In this document: in pieces, positions 38,571-52,380 of the stretch
How the letters are laid out: every line of letters begins with the position of its first letter
Numbering within the stretch: position 1 is the first letter of the stretch
Assembly (NCBI GenBank): GCA_963924565.1
Contig: OZ004608.1
Coordinates: 9,672,001-9,736,000 of the forward strand
From: Ascidiella aspersa
Lineage: Eukaryota
Direction: 5' to 3'
Length of the DNA: 64,000 nt
Notes under the pieces: model-generated
Seen by the model: the letters and a program-made list of their open reading frames with translations, nothing else
The model's database searches: none
Told to the model about the DNA's origin: nothing
Translations under genes and position numbers: made by a program

Positions 38571-39397
38571 CTATTTCAAGAAGCTTACCAATAGAGAAAA
38601 AATTGAGATGCTAAATAATTTGAAATATCTCTCGGCACCATGGTTGAGAACCACTGGTCTATTTGGTGATTCGCAAGATTTATAAAAAAATAACAAACTA
38701 ACAAATCAAACCTTTTTCGTGTCGTTATGTTAATCAGTATATAACAATGGTAAAAAAAACTATGGTGACTCAATCTTCGGCCACATGCTTTTTGATATAT
38801 CCTACTTCAGGTTTTTTGTTTGCGCAATTCTAATATCACTATTGATATTTCGCAAACTTTCACCTAAAATGGATATAAGGGAGAGGTGTTGCAAACTGTG
38901 CATCGTTTCAGTTCTACAAACGTTATTCCGTTTCGTTCCTAAACTATTGCTTTAATAAAATGCTTGCCGATACTATTATACCCTTTTCGTTTGCAATCCA
39001 GTATAATATTACAAAACTGCAGCAATTAATTATAATTTTCTGAAGAAAAAAAGTGAATTTTGGTGAAAATTAGTAAAATTTCTATCGCTGGTTGCGTCGC
39101 GTCAAAACACACATTTCCAAAGCGTGACAAGGGAATAAGTTTGAGAACCACGTATATGAGGTATTCTAATCATTATTTACCAGTAATTCGAATTCCAACC
39201 AAGCCCTATGTGATAGAACTCATAACAATTTTAATCGACAATACGAGGCACTTGCTGAAACTTAAAAAAACATCACAAAATTGCACGTTATAGTGTATTT
39301 GGGGGTTAACGTTCCACTGCAATACACAGATAGCGTGGGCGCGGTTTGCCTTCGTTGTGGCAGTGTTAAAAAGGTAGAAAAAGACTTGCTGTGCCTC

Positions 39398-42300
39398 TCA
39401 TAAACTTTGCTGAACCGAACCGTCTTGGGCGGAGAAGGTGAACACTTTGCAGTCGGCCCCACCGCTCACTATGCTCTGCGCAAAGCAAATTATAGACAAT
39501 GTAAACTTCGCTTGTATATTGTGTACATTATAAGTGGGATTTTGAAACGCAGATCCGTTAATCAGACAGCGCAGTTCGAATAACGATAGTGTGGTTGCTT
39601 TCTGTTCGACTTTCGAGTATATTTGCAAGCTAAAAATAAATTGTTTCGGAGATATAAGTTTTATCTGGAATAGTTTTATTTGACAATCACCACCAAGAAA
39701 AATATATATGAATAGAACCAACGTTTATGTTGTGTTTGCAAATTAGGAAGATCCAAAATTGAAGAGTTTTTTGTATGTAAAAAAAAAACAATTTTAGTAA
39801 TGCTTCACAGTTAAAATAAAGACAGCAGCAGTAAAGTGAGAGGTTGCAAGTTCCAACCTAACTACATGAAAGTGAATGCTGATCTAACCAGTGAGTGAAT
39901 ACAGAGCAAAAAGTAATATCTTTCAAGACTTACTAAGGTTACTGCTATGTTATGTAACGCGCGAATGTCGGACATAAGACACTTTGTCTTTCGATTTAGT
40001 TTGCAAAAAAAAAAAGCACAAGACTAACCTTTGATTTATGCCAATCAAGGCACATCACGCGGTCCGTGTGAGCTGTTAAGTCAAACAGTGGAGTTTTGGA
40101 ACTAAAAGAAGTAAAATTAAATTAAAGGAGGATTTGTATTATATTATAAAGGGTGCATTTTAAGTGAACTATTAATTAACCACAAATGTCTATGTTATTG
40201 TCATGGTGAGTTTTTATTAAACTTTTTTTTTGTTTAGTTTTGGTCTTAATTATCTAAATTCGTTGGAGTCTTTATTCCTTGTTATAATTTGTCAAATTTT
40301 GTGAAACAGCACCTAATTATCGTTTTTAGCACAGTACAATTACTCAACACAAGATTTTACCTTCTAATGTCCCACATTTTAACGACGGTATCAAACGACG
40401 AGGATGCGAGCAGGTTTGGGTTGGTCGTGCACCACTTGGCACAGGTCACCCAACCGTGGTGTGACGTCAAATTGCACTTCACTACCGAGCCTGGATGTCA
40501 ATAAAAACTGATTTACGCCGATGACAAACAATTTTAAAATCACCAAAGAAAGACTAATAACTTTGTTATCCACGACTAAAGTTGCCTAAGAAACGAATAA
40601 AATAATTTAAAAACACGTTTCTTTAATATAACAAATTAAAGTATAGGTTACAAAAAATGTAGGTTTATTTTTTAAGCGTACTTCAGTGTCACAAAATTTG
40701 CAAAAGTTAGATTTTTTTCAAGTTTACTGAAACCATAATGTAATTGAAAGTGAATGTCTAAGCCAAAATGTTCGACATCATCGTGATAAAGGGGTTTCGA
40801 TATGCGCTTGAATCACCATCAGTTGTTGTGACTGAAATATATCCAACCTAACTTATAAAACGTAGGACGCATTGTTTATCTAAAAGTCACCTAAGACTTG
40901 AGTCACATTAATCAACTGATGAGATGATACAAGTTCGTATTAAAATGGTTTTATTAATATAAAGACGATTTTTTAAGTATTTGGCATAGACATTAACATT
41001 TAGGCTACGTCGCATATCCGTGCATAGTGAACCTAAATACAAACGTTGTGTTTTATATATCTGCATCAATACCTGAACTTCTCGGATCCCAGAGCCGTAC
41101 ATGCCGATCGGTGTTTCCAGTTACCAACATGTTATTTAAATGGGAATAATCAACAGACAAAACAGCTTTTGATCCACGCTGGAAAAGAAAGCAAGCCATC
41201 CTTAATATTAAGTTTAACCCTTGTAATATAAAACACGACAATATTATAATAGAAAACGATATGAAGTACCGGCAAATCTAAATTAATCTCTGTAAACATA
41301 ACTAGTCAGACTAGCGTTTCTCAACCTACGAGTCCCGACCCAAAATTGGATCACCGTTCGACTGGGTCGTCAAACTGTAGTACATTAGAAACACGGAGTT
41401 ACACTAAAAGAATTAAAGTATTATTTATAGGTACAGGACAAACCTACATTTTCATCTGTTAACATTTTTAGGCATGTCATAATAATAAAATGACCTAATG
41501 TTAAATTACTTCAACTACGAAGGATAACAGTTTTCTAACTACTGCTATACAGAACTTAAAATCATTTGAATTTAATAAATTCATTAAAATTAAGATACTG
41601 ATGATACTTTTAGTAGGAAAATATATATATCATATTGTAACACCGAAACAAACTGATTTTCTGTTTACTAAGTTCCGTACAATCTTTATCCTTGATTTGC
41701 AACCAGAATCGTTGTTTTCATCATTCGGATTCAGGGAGAATTTGTTATTCAAAAAATGTTCTGATTACTTCTATTGTTACACTTACATCCAATCAATTTT
41801 TAAAAGAATGCAATCAATTTTTAAGCTACTAACCAGTTGTGACTTTTCCCTTCCCTCGCTTGCATCCCACAACCTTAAGGTGTGGTCCCACGAGGCACTA
41901 CACAACTCGTTCTCGTCGATCCAGACCACTCCGGTAACGACCTCTGTGTGACCTGACAAGGTCATGTGGGCTGCCTGCAAATTTGAAAAGTGAATTTAAA
42001 ATACGGATTTTGAGCCCGGCAGCAAGCCTAATCATAAGTAAAGAATACTAATTTGGAAAAGTTTTTTAATGTTATAAAGTGATGTGAAATTAAAATTGCT
42101 ACTATATATATTATTTATTTACACCAGGGGTGAACAAACTGCAAACCGCGGAGTTAGTTCTTCCAGACCGCATCATATTTCCTAAAATATGGTTAATAAT
42201 TGTCAACTAAAATTGGCTCGTATAAGTATAAACTACATTTTAAGTAAATTTAAAAATAAAGGATACAAACAGTAAGCTGTTCATCCAGCCTAAAAAGGTA

Positions 42301-45300
42301 TTTCTTATTCTAGCCATTTACAAAAAAAGTTTGGTAACACCTGATTTAGACATTAAACAATTTAAAAAAAAAGATTATCATTCTATTAGGTTATGACAAA
42401 AAAATAGCTTTAAAAAATTCCGAATTTTTTTTTAAAGGCATCTTACTCTTGAAAAGCCATTCTTCTCTAGCTTGGCTCTTTTCTTATTACTGGCGGAGTT
42501 GTATTGTTCTTCCTCGGCCGTGCCCTTTTCCATTTCCAAACTGGACGACCAGAATTTAACTGTGCAATCCCACGAGCCAGATGCAATCTGCGATCACACA
42601 AGAATCGAATAAACTCAAACACCACAGTAAGTCGGGGAAATACTGATCTAGCAGGGGTGGCATCAACATTTAAGCTGGTCGGTTGAATCTGTTTCGTGTA
42701 GAACGGTTGTGAGAAACCATATATTTTTTTAGACTATGAAACACACACTTTAAAATGTTACTACAACCTAAGGGCTTCAAAGAACTTTTTAAGATTCCCC
42801 AAATAAACAAAATAAAATTTGGTACAAAACACCACAGAACTTTAATATATTTGATACTAATAATTTGGAATAATTTATTTTGACAACAACAACCTCCTTT
42901 GAATAAACTATAAAAATAGAGGACCTAAGGGCAATAATTATAAAAAAATACCTTCATATGTTTGTGATTTACAGCCAAACACTCCACACTCCTGGAATGC
43001 CCTTTACAGACAAACTTGGGCCTCAAGGAGTCTTTTCCGGTGTCATACTTCCACAATATAAGCCTTTGATCTTGAGATGAACTTGCAAGATGCTTCACAC
43101 CTTTATCTTATGACAAAAAAGAAAACAAAACCTTTTTTCTCCATCTGTAAACCTTTAACACCAAATGATTTAGTCTGATTACTAATTGAAAACTCTATAT
43201 CGGGTTTCTCAGATGAACTTGCAAGATGCTTCACACCTTTATCTTATGACAAAAAAGAAAACAAAACCTTTTTTCTCCATCTGTAAACCTTTAACACCAA
43301 ATGATTTAGTCTGATTACTAATTGAAAACTCTATATCGGGTTTCTCAAACTTTAGGGCTTGTATCTTGTTAATTGAGGAGTTAGTAAAAAGGGTCATCCA
43401 ACGTTTTTTTAAAGTCACAAGAGGAGTTTGGATGTTACAAACACCAAATAAATATAGAAAACTAATAGAAATATTCATTTTAGGAGCCTCAATTTTAAAT
43501 GCAGGTTCCATACCCCCTGGATTATAACATTTAATTCACTAATTAATTTAGTATTTAATTGCCTTCTAAACACTAAAATAAAAAAAAAGTAGCCTGGCAG
43601 TTTAAACAACTAGTAAACTCATCACACTACATCTAAATATTTGTAAGTACCATCTTGTTGAAGCCATACAACAGACTTGACCGGTTCGCTGTGACTTATA
43701 CCAGTTGCCAACTTTTCACCAGTCTTTTTGCTCCATACATTCACACTGCAATCATAAGACCCTGTAAAATCAAACAAATTTACTATGTTTATGCCATTTG
43801 TTACGTGTTTATCAACACGTTAAACACCCAAATTGATCCGCTCTGAAGGATTAGTCAACCTGTACTTTTCACTAAATTCTAAATATAAAATAAAAAACAT
43901 TGCAATGTAGGCCAAAATACACATATGTGTAGTGTGTGTGTCTTTCATTGAATGATACTGTATGGTAGATCTCCTTCGTGTGAAGTTTCTTGTACTATCA
44001 GAATGTAGCAAGCATTTGTGTATGGTTTTTTCTTGACTTGCTCTTCTCTGAGCTTGTATCACTCAGTTGGTAGAGCTACAGTCCTGGTATGACTGGAACT
44101 CATGAGTTCGAACCTCACTGCAGGCTACTTGTTTTTCTAACTTGCCTTGCTTGCATCATTGATCGACAGATTCCGTGAGTCTGCGATGGCTTTTCGTGTG
44201 TAGGCCAAAATAGTTTGTTATTTTTATTTTTATACAGTTTTGTATTACTCGCGCTGGATAAAACAGATTCTAGTATAAAGCAATCAATCAAGTAACACAA
44301 AAATGAAATACCTGTCAAAATATAACTGTCATCAACTTTTACCCCACTAATCCAGTCATTTTCTGACAAAGTGTGCTGAAGGGATGGTGCAGTTTGGGCT
44401 TCGAAGTATTCTACTGGCAAGACAGATTCCTATCAAAGGGACAAATTATAACTTACTAAAGAAGAATTTGACAATATTGTACATTATAAAATAGTCAGAA
44501 TTTGGCATTACTATAGTTTGAAAGTAAAATATTCTTTTGCAAGCAAATGCTAAACAAAGTAGAAATATTTTAAATATAGTATTTAAAAACAAACAGCTTG
44601 AAACAATTCAAATCTTTTAAGGCAGATGTTTTGTTTGATATGCAAATTTAACTTGTTCGAAAGAAACAAATATATTTTTAAATTATTGAACATTAGGCCA
44701 TGCCATTAATATTTAAAATTGGAATGTACTTTTATTTAGAGGCGGTCAGTATATTTTATAAATTAACATACCACAGACAAACCCTTTTCTTCAATATGTT
44801 CAAGTAAGGCACTTCTCAGAAATTCTCCATTCACCACAAAATCAAAGTTGTGGTTATCCTGTTGGATTTTCGAGTCCTAGATTAGAAATATGTATAAGTT
44901 TAGGAACGATAGTTGGATCTGGCAAAAATTGGTGTAAAAAGCATCTGTTGAATAGGACACTAAAGTAAATAAGTTTATATAAGAGAAGACAGATTTATAA
45001 GAGATAACTTGGTGGCAGACTGTCAGTACTACCAAGGTAAAAAAATTGTTTTACAGACCAAAGTCTTGAAGGCATGATTACTAATAAGACAACTAACTGA
45101 TGGTCCTTAATAAACAACACAAACAAACAAGCGTAGGATTATATAGGTTTACTAGGTAGTCTGAAAAGGTGCATTACTATTATTAAATTCAGATATTTTT
45201 TTGAGGACTAGATGACAGTTCCTACAAAGCATCATTTTTATTAAAAATCCTAAAGGTAAATTATAAAATAGAGTTTTCAGCTTGTAATCAAATCATTACT

Positions 45301-46085
45301 AAAATGTTATAATATTAAATAAATACAATATTAAATCTTCATTTATATATACTTTTTTAAATGATAAAAAACATTAAAATCTATGCAAAAAGTTAAAAAT
45401 CTTCCAAACACATTTAAGAGGTAGATACCTGTTCGAGAAGAAGCTTGTTTATCAGATCACTTAGTTGTTCCCCGGTTGTTGTTCCTAACACTGAAAATGG
45501 TGATTCACCAACTTTGTACCTAGCAAGCATTTAAAACAAATGTTTTATTTATTTCAGAAATACATGAAAGGTGTCTCTCTAATTGAGTCTAATAATTTTT
45601 TTTAAAACTTGGGCGCTAATATATAATCCCATGAGAGCGTTCAAACAATTATTAAAGCAAACATACAATATGGGGGGTAATACTAATTTAGGGAATAATG
45701 AATGGTCGGAATGGTCGGAACGCTCACTAATTTAAGTGTTACCCCGTTAAAACAATCATTAAACCAACGCACAATATTTGAGTTAAGGTGGGTCAAGTGT
45801 TATTATATTTAATAATAATACTGTGAGCATTCCGACTATTCATCATTGCGTAAATTAGTGTTACCCCAATGTGGGTTAAGGTGTCGGCTATAGTGTTTGG
45901 GTGAGGATGGGTCAAGTAATATTATTTGACATTATTGCTTACCCTACCCAAACACTAATTCGCACCCTAACTCAAATAATGTTCGCTGTGGTATAAAGCT
46001 AGACCAGCGCCAAGGTTTATTCTAGTTTAACTTAGCATATTTACCTTTCTTGTTGAGTAAAAAACTTGACCTGAATTTGAGCCAT
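39398..46085 (-). CDS. WDR12: Ribosome biogenesis protein WDR12 (Ytm1), NLE/UBL domain plus WD40, about 429 aa
   Basis: Twelve phase-consistent exons: 46085-46045, 45519-45429, 44876-44772, 44429-44312, 43761-43651, 43106-42952, 42587-42447, 41974-41834, 41178-41073, 40490-40361, 40101-40029, 39475-39398. Motifs: MAQIQVKFFT, FDFVVNGEFLR, DWISGV..ILTGSYD, TLSGHTEVV, DRHVRLWDPRS, IVSGGADCK. Confidence 0.93.
42125..42343. mobile_element. hAT-type MITE
   Basis: TIRs caggggtgaacaaact / agtttggtaacacctg; near-TSD atttacac/atttagac. Confidence 0.7.
43075..43346. repeat. Perfect 136-bp tandem duplication spanning the WDR12 intron 5/exon 6 boundary
   Basis: 43075-43210 is identical to 43211-43346 (agatgaacttgcaag...cgggtttctc). 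Confidence 0.95.
44051..44195 (+). mobile_element. tRNA-derived SINE
   Basis: A-box-like actcagttggtagagc and B-box gagttcgaacct, followed by a non-tRNA body shared with 33213-33304. Confidence 0.75.
45612..46011. mobile_element. Foldback MITE with a nested second MITE at about 45675-45867
   Basis: Outer termini ggcgcta.. / ..ctagaccagcgcc. Inner TIRs gggtaatactaattta / taaattagtgttaccc with a near 8-bp TSD aatatggg/aatgtggg. Confidence 0.75.
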
Positions 46086-47006
46086 TTTTTGTTGTAGCTC
46101 AAAAATACCCTTTTTCGTGCTAAGTTCAGATAGCAAAAGAGTGGGTAACAAAGTGTTAAGCCTTTTTGTGTAAATATCTAAACCTAAACTTTACATTACA
46201 ACTTAAAAAAGTTTTTTTAGCAACAGCATGTTTTATTTTCCGCACTCAAGCGTAGAAATAAATCAACCGTCACAATAATCATTTTTAGTCATAGAATACT
46301 TTCTAATTTGGTAAATTTACCGTATATTTTTTTGTTAAACTATTAAAAAAAATTGTATATATGTAACGCACCATAATTTACACGGGTTACATTTTGCTTT
46401 ACATCAGTTTAAAAAGCTGATTATAGAACTTGAACACACTTTAGTTGGCTATGACCCAAACAGTTTACAAGTTCCAATTTTATTGACAACGATAAAGACA
46501 CCTCAAACGCACAAAATGACAGCAAAGACATTAGATACATATAAATCAAAAGATCAGCCCTCTGTCACAGTATATTTACGTTATTGCATATTGTTTGTAT
46601 CAAAGAGACTAAAAAACCCTTTGATGTTCACATGCTGCATTAATATTGAAAGACCCGTAACCTAGAAATATGCTGGATATAGTTTAGTAAGAAAAGACTG
46701 AAAAACTTGAGGTCTTTTGAAAATGGTGTTGATGAAATGCGAAACAAATATTATCGGTTATAAATATACCTGTTACACTGAAGTTATTTCTTAGAAGGGT
46801 AAACAAATTTAAAATTGCAACTAAAATATAAGGCCAAATTAATTGTGCAAATAATATCGTACTTTATATAAAGACTAAGCGTATCTACGACCCCCGATTA
46901 AGAAAATCATTTAAATATTTGTGCAAATAATCTGCATCGTAACCACAAACAGGATTTTGCCCTGCGTAATGTTTTTGGCAAGTAAAATAACGCTGTTTGA
47001 TCTTTT

Positions 47007-50000
47007 CTAAACAACTTTGGGTGCGGGGTACTGGCATATACAGCCCCGCAATTTGTCAAAACATCCTGTTTCCAGCCATTCGGTTGTATTCGAGCCAGCC
47101 GAAATGCCAATCGACAAGCAGCCGGCACCTTTAGTCCTCCTCAGCCAGGTTTGGTTCACAGCAGTGCCATCAGTAAAGACGTATATCGAGCCCCTTGTAG
47201 TTCCTTTATACCCGTCGATCCAGTATCTTACGCTTTGCAACTTTCTGCCGAGGTATTGCTGTGAACATTTTAACCAAAAAATATAGTTGTTCACAATGTA
47301 AGAAAAAACCTCAAGGGCTTGTTTAGGCTTCATCGTTAAAGGCGATAATTACAATTCACACCTAAACCCAGTGGTTCTTAATTTTCTAATTATTGTGACG
47401 CTACTGGAAAAGTTTATTTAACTTGCGACGCACCAAGTGATAAGAATTTTACTATTCTTTATTGATTTGCTGTTTGTTTGTTTCAAAAACTCAAGATCAA
47501 TTGCTGTATTTTTTCGTTACATCGAGTTCCAACGCATATATAAGAAAATACCATTATTTGAATATTTACTAACGCAATTCGTTTCAGATACGAAACGGAA
47601 TCGAAATCGTTCGGATAAATTAAAACGAGATAATATACTCATAATAATTCAATTTAACCTTCTTCTTTTCAAAAGAACAAGTTTTAGTTCTATCTGCGAT
47701 ACAAGATAACTATGTTTTATTTTAACCTTATAAAAACAGCTCACAAACCTGAACATTAATGTCTTTAAACATTGCCAGCTTCGCCCCAGAAGTTTCCGTC
47801 CAGCACTTGTACTCAGCCTCGATGTTAGAAATCCCAACGTCCCAAGTCAACAACGAGTAGCAACTCGAGTTGACCCGAATGTGATCTGACTTTGTGCAAC
47901 CTGAAATATCAGCGAAAAACATGCGAAATTACCAACACAAGTTGTAAAAAATATATTTGAACACAAAATATTTGATATAAATTTAGTCCGATTAAAGTGA
48001 GTGATATTGCTTTAAGCTTAGTTTACTTTTTCCATTTACTATAGTAAACCAATTTTCGTATCACCTTATTTGTACATAGAGCGAAGTTTTATATAACATA
48101 TTTTGCTTCAAAACATCATTTAATCAATTTATCATCGTTAAGGTATTGCAACAATTTCAAAAATTGTAAAAAAAAACGCCTTAGTATTTTCAAATACCCG
48201 CCTTTAGTATATCAAGTGATCGAAACTTTTTTTAACGTAGGTGTTGATAACACGGTTGAAGACCATGTTATAAAATTCAAACAGTTTGAAACAGACCGAG
48301 CAACACAACATTTACCTTGGACGTTTGTTGCAGTTGGAGTAGACGATGTACCCCGCCACGAAGCGTTCTGTCTTAAAAACTGAAGCAAAACCCTTTGGTT
48401 GTCCTGCAATAACAGTTTACATCTGCCTCAGTATGCATAAATTCTTAGGAAAGCTGAACTAAAATAAAATATAAGGAAATAGGCCAGTGTTTCTTAATCA
48501 GGTGAACAGTTCACCCCAGGGTGAATAACATTTTTGCAGGGGTGAACCAACCAAAAGGGGTGAATAAGGGTGAACCGTCAGAAATGAAATTTGTAGATTT
48601 GCAATGGTAAAATTTACCTTGAGTTGATCTTAACAAAGATGGAAACAACCTAAGTCATTTTGTGCTGTTATATATAGACGAGATAGTTTTATCATATCAT
48701 GAGACGAGGGTGGAAATCTGGAGATAGATGCTAGGGTTGAACAAAACTAAAAAAGCACTGTAATAGGCCCATAGATAAGCTGGGTCTGAAGTTTAAATTG
48801 CCTCCCGGTCCAAAACAAAAATTGTCACAAATAATCTAACCTGGATAGACGAGACTTTTTGGCGAATCCATTCCACTTCGTCGAAAGTGACGTCAGCATC
48901 ATAAATAACTCCCTCGTCGTTGTCGAATTGCTGTTGCTGGAGACTCTTTTGCTGGATCACTACATTAAGGTATTTGAGCAATATGAACTCGAATTCAAGT
49001 TATTTCCGACGTTCATACGGACTCTGGAATGTAGCCTAAGACTCACATTTATTATCAGACAATTTTTCACTTAAACTTTTTTGTTCTTTATGAAACCGTT
49101 AAGGTTTCTAAAAATGTCCAATAGTTAACATGCGCCATGACTATTTGTTAATGTTTGGCTGTTACAGAGGTTATTCTTTTAATTATGTGTATTTGCAAGT
49201 GAACTTTTACCTTTGTAATTTAAAAGAGCGCCTTTAAAGCGAAAAAAGTTATGTGGTCTGTTTTAAGTAAAATATGCCGTTGCAAAGCAATTATACATTG
49301 TTATTTGTTAGGCTCAAAACAAATCAAAAAAAAAGAAAAAATTTATACAATGTTAAAAAGAAGCATTGCGACACAGAGGCTCACACAAAAATATATTATC
49401 TAGTGATTTTGCATGTTGTAAGTATACCCATCAACCTTGGGATGTGATCCCCCTTGCCCTAACATTTTGTTTCGGCTCCTAACTTACTAAAAATGTTAAT
49501 GTAAATACAGTAAAAGTTAATCGCCTTACTAAGAAAGATAACGACGCATAGCAGCATTATAAATCCAACTGTGAGTCCGAACAGGTACATTTTAATGCAG
49601 AAAGGAAGTTTCGGTCGTCGAGGTCGATCGCCAGACTGAGTCGAAACTAGAAAAAAAGTAAAAACAAGTAAGTAACTTTTATTTTTTTGTTCATATTAAA
49701 CAAATAAAGAAAATAATTAAAATCAGAGACGGGAAGCTTTTAGAATAAGCTCCATCGCACGTTATGCGTGACGTTGTTTGAACTGTGGCGTGCAAAATTA
49801 AATTAATCATCTTTACTGAGAATTCAGTCGCCATTATGACGTTGATAAAGAATTGATGAATAGCCTGTAGCACGAAAAAAAATTGATTAGTATCACACAT
49901 TACAAACGTTAACAATAAGCATACAGACTTTTAACTCATGTATGTAAATATTGGAAACAACAAGTACACATTCGTAAGCTTTACAGTTAAACGAAGTTAA

Positions 50001-50414
50001 GTTCAATCTCATGATTTTTACAATTGCTGTTGAATTGGACACCAATTTACGCAGAGACTGTATTCAGGGTTCGGGAACCTATGGCTCGCGTGTCATATAT
50101 GGCTCTTTTTGTGAAATCATATGGCTCTTTTGATAAAAGAATCTTGCTTGCAGAAAAATCTAAGCTATCGTTTCTCCGCACGATATCAAATTAAACTCCA
50201 CGCGGGGCTATCAGCGTGCCTTTAGTTTAGATTTACATATCTAGTAGTATGCTATGAAACGGTCACGCTATTGCACAAGACGTGTTAAAACGGCGACAAA
50301 CTTCCGTGCAGTAATTAAAGCACCTCTCATCGGGACGTTGACATATCTTTCACCTTCGCTGTCGTCTCGACTCCACTCCGAATCGGCCACGCTGAAAGGC
50401 CGGTCAGCCGACAT
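47007..50414 (-). CDS. Type II transmembrane C-type lectin-like receptor, copy A (short cytoplasmic tail, about 262 aa)
   Basis: Six exons: 50414-50354 (MSADRPFSVADSEWSRDDSE), 49646-49530 (TM LFGLTVGFIMLLCVVIFL), 48959-48841, 48403-48316, 47900-47749, 47258-47007. CTLD motifs SCYSL, AEYKC..GAKLA, YWIDG, GCL, WLETGC..RGCICQ. An extra in-frame ATG lies at 50420. Confidence 0.8.
48485..48759. mobile_element. hAT-type MITE shared by both lectin copies (second copy about 54550-54837)
   Basis: cagtgtttcttaatc...aagcactg with TSD aaataggc/taataggc; presence in both copies shows it predates the duplication. Confidence 0.7.
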
Positions 50415-52380
50415 GTTCATTTGTGCAGCAACGGCAGTGCGCACAATATCCTGCGTTTAGTTTTCGTTATTTCGTAGCACACCAGCTGCAAAAGACAATT
50501 CTTGTTTTGGTTGTAATTCTTTACCAGTCTAAATTGTGCTTTGTTAAAATGTCTGTCAAAATAAGACTGTTTTTTCCTTTAGGTATTTTCGTTCTTGCCG
50601 GAGATCACACATATGTTAACCTTATGTGACCTTCCTGGCAAAGCAGCATCTGTGATTTTCAGTACGAATACGCCACTGTGCGTTGCAGGATGCAACTTTA
50701 CTAGGTTGTGACAATGCTTTGCTAACTGTAACCTTGCATTTTGTAAAGATATTTGTTTATTTTAACTTAATAAACTTCACAGAAAAGTTGCTCGAAAGAT
50801 GATTCATATTGCAGTGTGAAACCATTAGGTTTGGCACGTAAGTTCGTTTTGACTTGGCCTCAGTCAAATCAAAAAAATTCTATTGCACTTAAAAGCTGGC
50901 TATAGCAGAAAACTTTTTCATTCTTTTGTGCAACCACCATGGTTTCATATTGTTGTCATATGAGATGGCTATCGCACAAAACAAAGGGTTTATTTTCGCC
51001 TAGTTTAGCTCAAATTGTTCAGTAGTTTCGCCTCGTAAGCCTTAAATCAGCAACTTCCCATTTAATTGCTTTGTTTACTTGCAACGCCTATTCACCCGAT
51101 TCGTCAAGAAACTTACCGAAACACATCGGTGAACTTACGAAAAAAACGCCGATTCAACTTCGGTAAAATTATAATTTTCTATCCCAGGATATAATCTCGC
51201 TCGATTGGATCATTTACCAGCGATGCGTATCGCGAACAGACGATAAATGCTAGGGTTTGCATATATTTTTTTCCAATTGGCGTATTGGACAGGATAAGGC
51301 AATATATAACGTAGTTTTAAATAAAACAAAACGTAAAATGTAATAAAAAAGTTACAATCAAACCCTATGATACCAGGCCGATGTCTTTTGTGGCAAACGC
51401 GTTGTTAAGCCACTCCTAGCTTCCCAGGCTGACCTGATTCTTGAAAAACTGGTTCACTAAATGTACTAAAAGCGGAATTAAAATAAATTAAACAACATAA
51501 TGTAGGTATAAATGTTGTAATTACAACTCCACCACCCCAGTCTGTATTTATAGGAAATGGGCGCACACTGATGATTTAAATTAGTAGCATGCACATTGCA
51601 CACCTAAATTTGCAACACCAGAATAATAAAAATTTGTTACAGCACACCCGAGATCTTAGCGAAAGGTGCCAAGAAATGCAGACTTGGTCCACCCTAGATC
51701 TGAGTAGATGGTTAATCCCTCAATTTGGCGCTGGCTGGTCAAGAATCCTACCACAACGAGCATTTTTGGGGGGTTAGGTATTGGGTTTTGGTATAGGTTA
51801 AGCAATAATATTAAATATAATAATACTTGACCCATCCTCACCCAAACACTAACCGACACCCTAACCCAGGGGTTCTTAACCTATATTGTATGTTTTACCC
51901 CCTTTAACAAAGATGAATATCAGATTCAAACCTGCCCCAACCCCCTCCCCTCCCCCCCCCCCCCCTTTTGCGGCCGCCAATTTTTTATGGACGAAATTCA
52001 ACGCCAAAATAGGATGATATATACGCCGAAGGCGTGGTTTTAAGCAAGCATTTCAAGCCAAAGATCGCTGGCGGTAAGGCACTAGAATGCAATCACCCCT
52101 CCCCCCCCCCAATATATAAAATAATGCTTAATTATTAAAAAACAAAAGTAACAAATTACATCAGTTAAATTCAATGCGATGGCTGCCCTTGTTTTAACGA
52201 ATTGTTCAAATCATTCTAGTTTTGTCTTTGTAAACTGGACAGTTTTGACTCAAAAAAGGACCGGTTTTTGCTCATCATACTTCGATGACCATTTAGGTAA
52301 AATAGCAGGTTTCATGGTACTGTTTGAAAATGTTTCCATGCACAAAGCATACTAAGGAATTTGCCGATCATCCTTAAAAA

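Larger units (their letters stand above)
46361..51092. repeat. Segmental tandem duplication, copy A
   Basis: Aligns by eye with 52381-58534, from atgtaac..tttacacgggttac to cttgcaacgcctatt. Lacks the equivalent of about 55890-57648. Confidence 0.9.

Noticed and set aside
44051-44125. tRNA gene
   Set aside because: A and B boxes are present but there is no convincing acceptor or anticodon stem, and it continues into a repeat body found elsewhere, so it is called a SINE.
50254-50629. Duplicated plus-strand 68-aa ORFs (also 57696-58071)
   Set aside because: Their conservation is explained by the recent segmental duplication, and the first overlaps lectin exon 1 on the opposite strand.
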